From contig NW_024704742.1 in assembly GCF_018977255.1 (NCBI RefSeq), positions 136,774,001 through 136,838,000 of the forward strand: 64,000 bases of DNA. The letters are read 5' to 3'. The notes beneath the pieces are model-generated. The model saw only the letters and a program-made list of their open reading frames with translations. It had not been told where the DNA came from and made no database searches. Source of the stretch: Callorhinchus milii (taxonomy: Eukaryota). Shown here piece by piece: positions 10,856 to 23,179 of this stretch (within the stretch, counting starts at the first letter, position 1; each line of letters opens with the position of its first letter). The position numbers and the translations under genes are program-made.

Positions 10856-12770
10856 GTGGAGTCTCGTAGCATAGTGGTTAGAGGACTTCCCTCGCATGCG
10901 ATAGGAGCTGGGTTCAATTCCCGGGCAGGGCGAATGCTTAGGCACGTTTCCTTACTCCACACGCCTCTGTTTACCTAGCAGCAAGTAGGAACCCAGTTGT
11001 TAGGTGATTGGCGGATCGCTTTCCGGGGTAATCCCTCCCCAAAACTAATAACAATAATTTGGTCACTCAATCCATGTTTGTGGGACACTGCTGTGCATAA
11101 GTGGCTGCCACATTTCACCCATAAAATATAAGAACATAAGAAATGCTAGACGAAAAAGAACAAAGTCCATCAAGTTCATCTTCCACCTTCACCTGGGGTT
11201 TAAATTCTCTCTGCTTTCCTGCTATCTTTATTCCAGTTTTCTCCCCTTGCTTATCTGATTTACTAAGCATCATTAACTTGATGGGTTGAATGGCCTCCCC
11301 ACCCGTTCCTATGATTCTATGTTAAGAAGATAAGAACATAAAATATGCTGGTCGGAAAAAGACCAAGGTCCATCTAGTCCATCACTTCCTGCTTCAACTG
11401 TCTCCCGAGGGAGTCTGTTCCACAGGTTCACTATTCACTCACTGAAATAGTTTTTGAATAGATTTGTAGATTCCCCCCTTCAAACGCAGGCCGTGTCCTC
11501 TGGTTCTACTATTCTGGACAAGTTGAAACAGCCCGTCGTGATCTATATTGTGTAGCCCCTTTAGAGTCTTCAAATCAGCAATCATGTTGCCTCTCAACCT
11601 TCTCTTTTCCAGCGTGAACATGCGCAATTTACTTAGTCGCTCCTCATAGTCTAGTCCTTCCATTCCCTCAATCATTTTGGTTGCCCTCCTCTATATCTTC
11701 TCGATTGTCCATTTTTTACTGTGGCTACCAAAACTGTACAAAGTACTCTAAATATGGTCTCACCAATGATTTATACAATGGCAGGATTCACCCACTATTT
11801 CAGCTTGCTATTGATCTTTTGATACATCCCAACATCTGGTTTACTTTAGTCACTGACACAGAGAATTGTTGGGAGAGCTTCAATTTATTGTCAATCAGGA
11901 CCCGAGGTCCTTTTCATTTTCTATGCATGTTATTTTTCTTCCGTTCAAATAATAGTCCCTTTCGGGGTATTTGTCCCCATGTGAAGTACTTTACATTTCT
12001 CCCCCATTGAATTTCATCTGCCGCCAATCTGCCCAATTCCGAACTATGTTCAAATCCTCTTGCAGCCTATCTTGAGCAGCTTCGCAATCTACCACCTTCA
12101 TTAGCTTGGTGACATCTGCAAACTTAGCCACTGTGCTTGCGATTCTTAGTTCTAGATCATTTATAAAATTATTAAACAAAAGAGGTCCCAAAACAGACCC
12201 TTGTGGAAATCCACTGGTAACATTTTCCTAATCTGATGACATTCCCTGTCAACCAATTGCGTATCCATTGCATATCTCCACTGATTCCTGCTTTATTTAC
12301 CTTCAGTAGCATTCTCCCAAGAGGAACTGTATTAAAGGCCTTACTGAAATCCAAATTTACAACATCCACAGCCTTACCCTTATCAACCTCTCTTGTTACG
12401 CAATCAAATAAAACTAGTAAATTAGATTAACAAGACCTTCCCCTCATGAACCCATCCATATTGGCTATCATTTATGATTTTATTTCTGTCCAGATGCTTC
12501 ATGATTTTATCCTTAACAAGAGTCTCCATAATTTTACCTACAAGGAACGTCAAACTTACTGGTCTGTACTTTCCTGGATCACTTTTGTTACCTTTCTTAA
12601 AAATAGGAGTAGCATCTGCCTTTCCCCAGTCCCCCACCAGCTCTCCCGTATTCAATGGATTACAGTCAATAGACAGTCAATTTAGTTTACAAGGTATTCT
12701 GTGAAGCACTTTGAGACGTCTCAATAACGTTATAAGGCAGTATGTCAAATGCAAGGATAAGTATTATTAA
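10856..12770 (+). mobile_element. Family-A SINE split by CR1 insertions (5' part 10856-11130, 3' part about 12660-12770)
   Basis: The SINE stops at ...cacccataaaatata and resumes at tacagtcaat...gtgaagcactttgagacgtc. Confidence 0.75.
11323..12655 (-). mobile_element. CR1 LINE, 5'-truncated, frameshifted reverse transcriptase
   Basis: Peptides PIFKKGNKSDPGKYRPVSLT, DVVNLDFSKAFNTVP, GPLLFNNFINDL..KFAD..KL and YEERLSKLRMFTLEKRRLRGNMI; (TTCTTATG)-type tail. Confidence 0.93.
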
Positions 12771-13605
12771 TAATAAATTGGAATATTAAAGGGTTGCTGG
12801 GGGCGAGCAGGAGAGTCGGATTAGACTGTGAGACTCATCCAAACGCTTCAATCCAGTGATGTTCTACAGTCTTAAATTTGTGGGGGGGCCGTGGTCTCAA
12901 GGCAATTTAATTTAATTTCTCATGTGTTTGACTTCGGTACAAAATAGGTTTGTAAAAGAAAACACGTGGTGGTTGTGAGGACGGGTGGTAGGGAGAATTC
13001 AATTGTATTGGTGCCTATACTGGGTTAACAACATCAAATTGCATTTATACATCGGCTTTCACGTCGAGACGATGGTCCCGAGGCACTGAAAGGTGCTGGA
13101 GACACTGGGACAGCTCTCTGCTATTGTGCACTCTCCTTCCTTGTCGTGCGACTTTGTAAAGTGATGTAAATATACCAATTTTGCTTTGTGTAATAAAGGT
13201 GACACACCTTTGTGTGGTGTTAAACTCAACATTCCTGTCGGTTCTTCCTCTCTACCTACCTGCTCGATCACCGGAGCACAACTACTTCCGGGTTTTCAGT
13301 CCTGAACAATGTGGAGTGGTTTTAACACACTTGAAGAAACTCTCTTTTCGAGGAGTGCCCCGGGGTCTCCAGCATTCCTGAACAGGCAGAGAGGGCCTCG
13401 GTTTAAACATCTCATCCAACGGACAGGACCTTTGACAGTGCATCGCCAGACACAAATGCACACACACCCCAGCTCTGTATTGGGATGTCAGCCTGGACTA
13501 TAAGAGCCCAAGTCTTGATGTGGGGCTTGAACTTTCTGACTCAGAAATGAGTGCTTCCAAGGTGAGCCGGGCAGGTACTGACAGGTCAAAGTGACGTACT
13601 CGATG

Positions 13606-13624
13606 TTACCAGCAGGGGGTGCTG
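13606..13624 (+). promoter_or_regulatory. Candidate CTCF site between DYM and SMAD7 (CCAGCAGGGGGTGCTG)
   Basis: Close match to the CCASYAGRKGGCRS core, with one C>T change. Confidence 0.45.
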
Positions 13625-13925
13625 CACAATTCCTGTAACAAATTGCAGGCCAATAGATCTCCCTCCCATTGCTGTGAGCTGGTGACACATTCAGAAACTC
13701 TTGGTGTCTCTGTTAAGCAATTCCGTGGCTTTGAGAAGTGTTTGCACTCTGAATAATGGGTATTTACGGAGACATCTGGCTACAAACCACCTCGGCTGGC
13801 AAAAACGTTATCCCACTGAAAACCATTCAGATGAGAACATCCCAACTTTGGTGTCTCCCTGGTTGGCGCTGAGTTCCTCATCTAGGCTGACACAGTCAAT
13901 AGCAATCTCTCCTCCGAGTTAAAGT

Positions 13926-14600
13926 CAACAACAAATTACATTTACAAGCGCCTTTCCCGTCGGGAGGACGTCCCAAGGCTCTGTACAGTCAGGGATTTGG
14001 ACCCAAGCTGGGTTATGATCGGGAGGGGTGGAAGGCAGGGAGGGTGGGGGTACTACAATAACAACAACAAAATTACATTTATAGAGCGCCTTTCACGTCA
14101 GGAGGACATCCCAAGACGCTGAACAGTCAGGTGTGGAGTCCGAGCATGGGGAAGGGGTGGGGTAGGGGTGAGGGAAGGCAGAGAGGTGGGAGGGCGACCG
14201 AAGGCACGATCGAAAAGAGACCGGCCTTGAATGAGGCAAGGGAGGCAGCGAGGTGAATGGACCGTGGGATGGAGTTCCAGAGTTTGGGGGCAGAGAGGCT
14301 GAAAGCCCGGCCACCGATGGTAGGGCGGGTCGGGCAGGAGACATGGAGCAGGCCGGAGCCCGCTGAACAGAGGGAACGAGCAGGTTAGTACGGAGTCAGC
14401 AGATCAGAGAGGTAGGAGGGGGGATGCCATGGATGGCCTTGAAAGTGAGGACGAAGATCTTGAACTCAATCCTCTGGGAGATGGGGAGCCAGTGGAGTCG
14501 GGCGAGGGTGGGAGTGATGGAGTCATGGAGCCTGGTGCCCGACAGTACACGAGCTACAGAGTGGAGGGTGATCGAAGGCACGGCCAACAAAGAGGGTCTT
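13926..14600 (-). mobile_element. Two tandem L2 3' fragments (13926-14050; 14055-14600)
   Basis: Two (CAA)n-headed reverse tails; ARVLSGTRLHDSITPTLARLHWLPISQRIEFKI peptide. Confidence 0.88.
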
Positions 14601-14786
14601 GAGACAGACGTTGAAGGCGGTCAGGAAAGGTACGAGGTGGGACTGTGTGATGGAGTTACAAAGGGTGGAAGCAGAAAGTCTGTCAGTCTGGCCTTCTACC
14701 CCCACCCTTTGGAACGCCAGAGTGGGGATAGGCAGGGTGGGGGACGTGGCACAGGCCAGTGTTCGCTGAGCAGAGGAAGCGGAAAG

Positions 14787-15315
14787 GTTGGTATGGAGTC
14801 AGAAGGTTGTGGGTTCAAATCCAGAGACTTTCAGCTCATGCTCAACGTTGGGGGAGGGCTGAATCACAAGGGGACTCACCTTTTGGGTGTGACGTTTAAC
14901 CGAGGCCCAACTGGACCCCGTTCAGGCAGATGTTAAAGTTCTTATGGCGCTATTTGTAAAGAGCTGGAAGTTTTTTCCAGTGTCCTGGCCAACATTGCCC
15001 CAGATAAAATTGGTCATTCACGTCATAGGACCCGGGTTCGATTCCTGGACAGGGCGAAACTTTAGGCAAGTATCCTTACTCCACATGCCTCAGTTCTGTA
15101 GGAACCCAGTTGTTAGTCGTTTTTCCGGATGTAATAACCCCTTAAAAAAAATTAGGTCACTCCACGTCTGTTTGTGGGATGTTGTTGTGTGCAATTGGCT
15201 GCGCCCACAAAATATACAGTCAATTCACTTAACAGTATATTCTGTGAAGCGCTTTGAGATGTATCACAGACATGATAAGGCGCTATGTCAAATGCGAGGA
15301 TTATTATAATTATTG
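14787..15315 (+). mobile_element. Family-B (Deu-type) SINE 5' part followed by an inserted family-A SINE from about 15025
   Basis: The B head and Deu core end at aaattggtcattcac; the sequence then reads ggacccgggttcgattcc... through to an (ATT)n tail. Confidence 0.7.
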
Positions 15316-15884
15316 TTCATACAACATTTGTGAAAGGGCAATTTCGAGACAGACACCAGGTAGTTTTTTTTTACTTGAGGTAATTAACGACTGGAACAAG
15401 TTACCAGGAAGGCCATGTAACATGAACACAGGCAGAGACATACAAATAAAGGCAGAGACACAACAATATAAATTTAGACAGATAAAGAGGGGTAAGGGGG
15501 AGGGGGGATGGGGGTGGTCAGACATCTGATGCAGGTAAGTGTCGGAATAAGTGCAAGAAAGACAGTGGCACATACACCAATACACACAGTTATGAGGGTA
15601 GGGAGAGGGGTACACACACACAATTATAGAGGCAGACACGGAGAGAGACACGTGCACATAGTTAATACGCACAGTTATAGAGATAGAGTAGAGAGAGACA
15701 CACACACAGTTATCGAGACCAAGAGAGAAACTCGCACACTTTAACAGAGTTTATTATATATAGAGAGAGAGGCACACACACACACACATTCACAGTTGTA
15801 GAGGCAGAGAGACACACACAATTATAGAGACAGATACACACACACAATTATAGAGAGGAAGAGAAAGACACACACACAGAGTTT

Positions 15885-15924
<40 letters not shown>

Positions 15925-15960
15925 CAAAAGAACAGAGATTCCTGTTTTCCTATCTACAGT

Positions 15961-16340
15961 GTGGAGTCCTGTAGCTTAGTGGTTAGAGCACTCGCCTTGC
16001 AAGCAAGAGGACCGGGATTCGATTCCCGGCAGGGAGAAATGTTGGGCAAGTTTCCTCACTCCACACGCCTCTGTTTACCCAGCAGTAAGTCGGAACCTGG
16101 TTGTTAGTCGATTGGCGGATCGCTTTTCCAGGGGTAATAAATCCTTCATAAAAAAATATTATTTTGCCATTCAATCCACGACTGTTTGTGGGACACTGCT
16201 GTGTGCAATTGGCGGCTGTGTTTTGCCCACAAAACACACAGTCGTTTCCCTTTTCAGTACAATATATTCTGTGAAGCGCTTTGAGATATCTTGAAGACAT
16301 GATAAGGCGCTATATCAAATGCAAAGATTATTATTATTAT
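15961..16340 (+). mobile_element. tRNA-derived SINE, family A, full length
   Basis: Head gtggagtcctgtagcttagtggttagagc...ttcgattcccggc, body, and tail ending (ATT)n. Confidence 0.9.
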
Positions 16341-17640
16341 ATTACAGTGGGGCCAATCCCAGTTAGTGCCGGTGTCTGATGTACCCCACCTCACATCCAG
16401 GCTGTGCCTTATCCTGTGTATAAACACAGTCTGGAGTTACCTCACAGTGAGGGGCATGTAGACAGACTCCGGCAATGATTGACAAAACCCTGTGATTCAC
16501 CGGTTTTGGCAACGAACGGCGTTCCAAGAAACTAACAATGACCCAAAAATATCCGCAGGGAATGTGACTGGAAGGCAATTTCCTGAAGGCTGGATTGCCG
16601 GGGAAGTGACCAGGACTGCATTCCTGTGTGTGTGTGTGTGCGTCTGTGTGTGTGCGTCCGTGTGTATAAGTGTGTGTGTCTGTGTGTGTTAGGAGGCGTC
16701 ATGGCGGTGTGGTTCAGAGATATAGACCTGGTGACGACTCTCACCCCACCCCACCCACCCACACCCCAAGGGACCCCCTACGTGTCCCCCTTCACATCCC
16801 CAACTCCCGCTACCCCCCTCCCCACACTCACCTGAAGACACCGGTAACACAGGGGTCAGTTTGGTTAGTGACCCCCGGGTCGGCTGATAAGATTGGGTCA
16901 CACATGGGGGCAGCCAAGGTTTAAGCTGAACTCACTTCCTACTTGCCTTCGAAGCCCGGCAAAGAGACAGACTGTCTCCCCAGCTTGTGTACAGCAGCAC
17001 TCACACGCACATTATTTACACACACATTCATGTGACGTTCCGTCCTTAATATTATCCAACTGTAGCCCTGAAAATAGCACCGGATCGTTCCCACCGGTCA
17101 GGAACCAGAGGACGCAAATTTAGAATAATAAATAATAAATAATAATAATAATCGTTGCATTGGATTACGGCGCCTCTCACATCGGGAGGACTTTTCAAAG
17201 CATTTCCCAGGACTTTTCTGTAAAGTGTAGTGACTGTGTATTTTGTTGGCTGATTTGTGCACAGCAATGTCGCACAAACAGCTATGATAATAATCCCTAC
17301 ATTTGATATCGACCATATTGTCCTATTGTCTTGTTGGATCCTGAAGTATTGATCCACGTTTACCTTTTCAATCCCATATAAAATTTTATAAACCTCTATG
17401 ACGTCTCCTCTGAGTTGTCTTCTCTCAAGACTGAAGGTCCCTCGCTTGTCCAGTCATCGCTTATTGTAACTCATTCCTCTAACACTGGGGATCAGCCTCG
17501 ATGCTCTCCTCTGCACCGTCTCCTTAATGTCGCGATGACCAGAACTGTTTGCAATAGTCTTACATGTGACCAGAGCACTGCACATCTTGAGTATTACATC
17601 TAGCATCTGAACTCAACTGATCTCGTAACATAGCCCAGCA

Positions 17641-18145
17641 TCAACAACAACTACTTTCACTTATATAGCGTCCTTCGCGCCACATGGTGTCTCGGAGCAC
17701 AGTGGCGGAGCCCGATGCCGAGCCAGGGGAAGGGGGAAGGTACCCGCAGGCGTGGTCAAAGAGGAAGGTCTTCAAATCGACCTGAAAATGGGGAGAGAGG
17801 GTGCAAGGCGAAGGGATTGAGGGAGAGGGTTCCACACCTTCAGGGCGTAGTTGCTGAATGCACGGCTGCCTATGGTGGGGAGGAGGGTCCAGGGAACAAG
17901 GAGGAGGCCGGAGCCAGTCGAGTAGAGGCAGCGGATAGCGGAGGAGGGAGAGAGCAGGTTGGGGAGATGGATAAGGAGGCCGAGCCAGGGGGTGAAGATT
18001 TAAGATCTTGAAATTGATCCACTCTGTGACAAGGAGCCCTTTGACAAGGACTGGGGTAATTGGGGGTAAGGAGTTTAGTGCGGGTGAGAATGCGGGCGGC
18101 GGAGTCTAGAATTTTGTGAATAGTGGTGGAGGGGAGACCTGCGCG
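17641..18145 (-). mobile_element. L2-type LINE fragment (second subfamily)
   Basis: LRAGLPSTTIHKILDSAARILTRTK and DLKTFLFDHA peptides; (GTT)n tail. Confidence 0.8.
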
Positions 18146-18589
18146 GAGGCCATTCTCGTTTGCCTCGTTTATCGCTGCTTGACGCAATGTCTCTGCGTAT
18201 GTCATGGTTTCCGCTTGTGTCAGTGTTTCTGCCTGACTTAGTCGCTGCCTGTATTCTCCAAGAAAAGACCAACAGGCGCAGCAGAATGTTGTCAGTCTTA
18301 TATCCCGTCTGAATTTATAATAATAATAATACTAATAATGATAATTGCACTTGATACAGCGCCTTATCGTGCCGTTGGGACGTCTCAAAGCGCTTCACAG
18401 AATGAATTCAATTGCTGTAAAACTAATTGGTTGGTCATTTTGTGGGGAAATTGTGGCACCCAATTGTGCAGGTCAGTGTCCCACGAACTGTTGTGGAACA
18501 ATTTTTTTTGAGGGATTATTACCGCCAACAACCGGGTTCCTGCTTAGTGTTGGGTAAACAGAGACGTGTGGAGTAAGGAAACTTGCTTC

Positions 18590-19190
18590 TGTTTTTTTTG
18601 GTCTGACACATGTGGAAACCCATCACCTGTTGCTTAAGAGTTTCCAAATCAACCTGAGAATTCCCTGCATCCCATCTGCACATGGAAATCCCAGAGATAG
18701 ATTGTTGGAATGGACTCTCTCTCTCTCTCCCTGGAGGGATGCGTCCTGCTTACCTAATTCCAGAAAGTATTAGGCACAGGTTGGCAAGACCAAGGCTTGA
18801 GGACCCCAGAGTATGTGTTGGGGTAACTGATGGACTACCAGCTAACCACATAGCTTGCCATTGATATCACTGTCTGACAAGCTTTCCCGCTGCTTGTCCA
18901 GCTTGACCACTCTAACCATTAGGGCTTTGGCTGCAGGGTTAACAGGACCTGAGTGGGAGGATTCCCTGTCCTCAGTGACCGTTCTTCCCTTCCAGATTTT
19001 GCTGATGAGCCAGGCCGGGCTGTGCTGTCATTAGCAGTGAGTGCCCTGGAATACTGTGGACCCGCCTGGCTCAGGAACCGGACTAGAGACCGTCACAGAG
19101 GGCTGGCTCGATCCCAACATTCATGTCACCTTGGGGCCGGTTCAGCTCTGGAGAGACCCCACTCACCTCTCCCTTAAGGAGGACAGTCAC
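18590..19190. repeat. Unclassified interspersed repeat of about 600 bp, copy 1 (also 22345-22810 and 52700-53325)
   Basis: Collinear similarity among three loci (gtgtctgacaca..ggaaacccatca..tccctggaggga..ccaaggctt..catagcttgcca..gcagtgagtgccctggaa). Confidence 0.85.
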
Positions 19191-19651
19191 TAGTTGGCAA
19201 AGAACAGCCGATTTGGAGCGGGCATGGGGAGGAACGGGGCGAGGATCGAATCTGCGACCTTCTGCTTCGGAAGCCTGGATACCATCCCTATCCCGCTGAG
19301 GGGGAATAAAGACCGGCCAGTCACTCATAAGGAATGGCGTGTTGGTGGCCCGAGGGACAGGCAGGGTATCCATAGTTACGCTGTGATTACCTTGTGTTTG
19401 TGTTTATTTTAACCCGGCTGAAGAGACGCCACCCCATCCCTGCCCTAAATATAACTCGCTGTGTAAACCCGGAAACTCTCACTGGCTAAAAATATTGGCC
19501 CTCTATTCCTGAGCCGCAGATTCCAGTGTGAATACTTGTTACTGGAAGTGTCAAAATGCTGCCTGTGTACCAAACTCTGGACATCAGGCTGCAGAGACAC
19601 TGCAAAGGAGAGGGTCCTTGCAAGCCAAAGCCCTAAGTGGGCAGGGTAAGA

Positions 19652-20030
19652 GGTCCTGTAGTGTAGTGGTTAGAGCCCTGGCCTCACAAGCGAGCGGACC
19701 TGGGTTCAATTCCCGGCCAGAGTGAAACCTTTGGCAAGTTTCCTTACTGCACGCGCCTCTGTTTACCTAGTAGTGAGTAGGAATCTGGTTGTTAATCGAT
19801 TGGCAGATCGCTTTTCTGAGGGTAATAATTCCTACCCCCCCCAAAATGTAATTATAATTTGGTCACTTGATTGTTTGTGGGACACTGCTGTGCGCAATTC
19901 GCTGCTGCGTTTCGCCCACCAAATATACAGTCAATTCACTTTATAGTATATTCTGTAAATCGCTTTGAGACATCCCATGATAGTGTCGACACGATGACGC
20001 TATATCAAATGGAAGGATTATTATTATTAA
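19652..20030 (+). mobile_element. tRNA-derived SINE, family A, full length
   Basis: Same head, body and tail as 15961-16340. Confidence 0.88.
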
Positions 20031-20776
20031 GGTGGTCTGAGCTGGACAAGCAATATCAACGACAAGCTATGTGGTTTTAGCTGGTTAGACTCCAGCCGTA
20101 CCTCAACACCCATGATGGGTTTCCGCATGTGTCAGACACTCAGCTGACCAAAAATAAAACGCCCCCAATAAAACATTGGAGCGTCAGCTTAGACGAGAGA
20201 AGTTCAAGTCACGCCATGGGCTTTGAACCCACAACCTTCTGACTCAGAAGCGAGAGAGCTACTAACTGAGCCAGGGAGCTTTAACATCCACCTGAAAAAC
20301 AGGCACAGATGGGGAACTGGGTTTAATGGTTCATCCAAAGGACGGAGTCTCTGACATTGCAACCAGCTGGGCTGAGAAGCTGATTTGGGGCTTGAACCCA
20401 CAACCTTGTGACTGTAGATAGGAAAGTCGCTGTGTCAAACGCAGGCACGGGGACTGCACAGAGCGTGGCTGATGTCCGCATATATATATCTTGGCTTTGT
20501 TGTGGCTTTACTTTGCTGCTCCCTGCCCTGCCATTCTCTGCTGTTTTCAAAACAATTACAGCTAATGGGCCCAGGCTCCAAAGTGTCTGTCACCCAGTCT
20601 CACTGATACGAGCACTGCCACTCTTGTCAGTCTCCAACCACAATATCAATAGACTGGAAACTCGTTTGCTGCATTAAAGATCTATATATACACACACATA
20701 CATTTAGCAGTCGGTGGAAATCTACCTCCACGAACATTACTTTGCACTTCCTCTCCTCCGCAGCGAGCGAGCGAGC

Positions 20777-20810
<34 letters not shown>

Positions 20811-20874
20811 CGCATTTTTACCAAAGCGTGGCCACACTCTATAAAGTTAAAGACTTGCAAGTTAAAGTTAATAA

Positions 20875-21205
20875 TAATGACACCAATCCTTGCATTTGAC
20901 GTAGGGCCTTGTCACGTCTTTGAGACGACTCAAAGAGCTTCACAGGATATACCGTGAAGTGGATTGACTGTGTATTTTGTGGGCGCAACGCAAAGGCCAA
21001 TGGCGCACAGCTGTGTCCCATCAAGAAGGGATTATGACCCACAGAAAGCGATCTGCCAATCGACCAGCAATCGGGTTCCTACTTACTGCTCGGTAAACAG
21101 AGGCGTGTGTAAGGAAACTTGCCTAAGTTTTACCCTGCCCGGGAATTTAACCTGGGTCCTCTCGCTTGCAAGGCGAACCCGTTAACCGCTACGCTGCAGG
21201 ACTCC
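20875..21205 (-). mobile_element. tRNA-derived SINE, family A
   Basis: Reverse complement of family A. Confidence 0.82.
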
Positions 21206-22344
21206 ACGTATAGCTGTTTACTCCGTATTGCAGTTCGCGTAACCTCGCTGCCTTTGGCCACAAAACATGTTAGGAAATATCGCAAACTTTACCCCGATCC
21301 CTCTCACCTGAAGAGCAGGTGGGGGATGGGAGGGGCTGTTGTCTGTGGTATGCCAGATGTCTGCAAAGTGGGATTTCACACAACCTTGAGGGCAGACAAA
21401 ATATTTTGCTCTCCCTCTCTGCACCAGTGTGAGAGCGAGCATGATAAAACTCCTGGATGTATTTAGTCTGCCCGTCCTGACAATATGGACATTAGTACAG
21501 CCTTCAGAAAATGCCAGGAGAAAGGTGAGCGACTCAGAAAGGCTTACACAAAATAAAAAGAAACTAGCTTTCAAAATGTTTTTAGAATCCCCCACCTCCC
21601 CCCCCCCTCCTTATCCCCATCCTCTCCCCCAAAGTTTCTCTCCCGATGGCAAGACCCTCAAGTGCTGCATTGTCGGAGGTGCCGTCCTTCAGATGTGACG
21701 TTAAACCGAGGCCCTATCTGTGCCCTGTTCAGGTGGTTGTTAAAAAAAGTCACTCAAATTTTTTAAATAATCATAATTTGGTCACTCAATCCACGCCTGT
21801 CTGTGGGACGCTGCTGTGCGCAATTGGCTGCCGAGTTTCACCCACAAAACATACAGTCAATTCACTTAACAGTATGTTCCATGAAGCGCTTTGAGACGTC
21901 TCGAAGATGTGATAAGACGCTATATCAAATGCAATGAATATTATGATGTTTGTGGAATCCTGTAGAGTAGTGATTAGAGCACTCGCCTCGCAAACGAGAG
22001 GACCCGGGTGCGATTCCTGGGTAGGGCAAAACCTCAGGCAAGTTTCTTTACTCCACACACCTCTGTTTACCTGCTGTGAAGTGTAGTGACTGGGTATTTT
22101 GCAGGCAAACGAACATAGCAACCCCACAAACAGCCGTGAAACAAACAACCAATTTTAACTAGCGGATTGTCAGCAAGGACACCAGGAGAGAGAAACTGCC
22201 CTCTCTTTTCAAAGAGAGCCACGGGATCTTTATTGTCCACCTGGAAAGGACCAAACTCCTTGCCCAGAGGATGGCGCCTGAGTTGAAAATGAAACGATCT
22301 GTAAATCAATAAGTTTCTTTAATTTAGCTCAAAGGGTGAGACTT

Positions 22345-22810
22345 TACCCTTTTGTTTTAGTCAGCCGGGTGTCTGACACATGGGGAAACCCATCACCGTT
22401 GCTTAAGAGCATCCAAACTAACCAGAGAATTCCACACATCCCACCCACCCAAGGAAATTCCAGAGATAGATTGTAGGAATGGAATGCTCTCTCTCTCTCT
22501 CTCTCTCTCTCCCTGGAGGGATGCATCCTGTTTACCTAATTCCAGAGAGTATTAAACACAGGTTGGCAGGAGCCAAGGCTTGGGGACCCCAGAGTGTGCG
22601 TTGGGGTAACTGCTGAACTCTGACTAGCCTGGCTTATCACTGCATGGCAAGCTTTCCTGCTGCTGGTCCAGTTAGGACAACCCTATCCCATTAGGGCTTT
22701 GGCTTGCGGGGTTAACAGGAGCCGAGCGGGTTGACTCCCTGCCCCCAGTGACTGGTCTGCTGTTCCAAGTCCTGCCGATGAGGCTGGTCTGTGCCTTTAT
22801 GGTGCTGAGT
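22345..22810. repeat. Unclassified interspersed repeat, copy 2
   Basis: Collinear with 18590-19050. Confidence 0.85.
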
Positions 22811-23179
22811 GTGTGTGAGGAATTCCTGTTAGAGTGAGTGTGAATGTTCCCCACTCCTGGCCCCTGGGGCCAGACCATTAGCAATCGTGCATTATCCTCA
22901 GATTAGCTATGCGCTTACCACTTCTGCTCAATTCATCCCCTGGTCTGGTGATGAAGGGCTTTTCATCTGCTCTGCATATCTCCAGGGGGTGTTGGTGTCA
23001 AGTCAGGGTCTTCTTAGGGACTTTGCCTATCTCTGTGAGTGAGTGGTCTGCTTTTCACTGCTTGTGAGATCATCCACCCCTCCTTTTTCTTCACGTTTTG
23101 TTGCCCCCACACCTCGCCCTATTCTCCCCTCTTTCTCTTCTCTTGAAGACACTGGCTCGCTCTTTTTCACTCGCTCGTG

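Noticed and set aside
13100..13310. Possible solo LTR fragment (AATAAA at about 13192, ending ..ACA)
   Set aside because: Single copy in the window with no clear 5' TG boundary or TSD; cannot be supported without a database search.
15961..16035. tRNA-like sequences (also at 2328, 10856, 19652, 21952, 39460, 46370)
   Set aside because: They are SINE heads: each continues into the same SINE body, and none shows an intact cloverleaf or acceptor stem.
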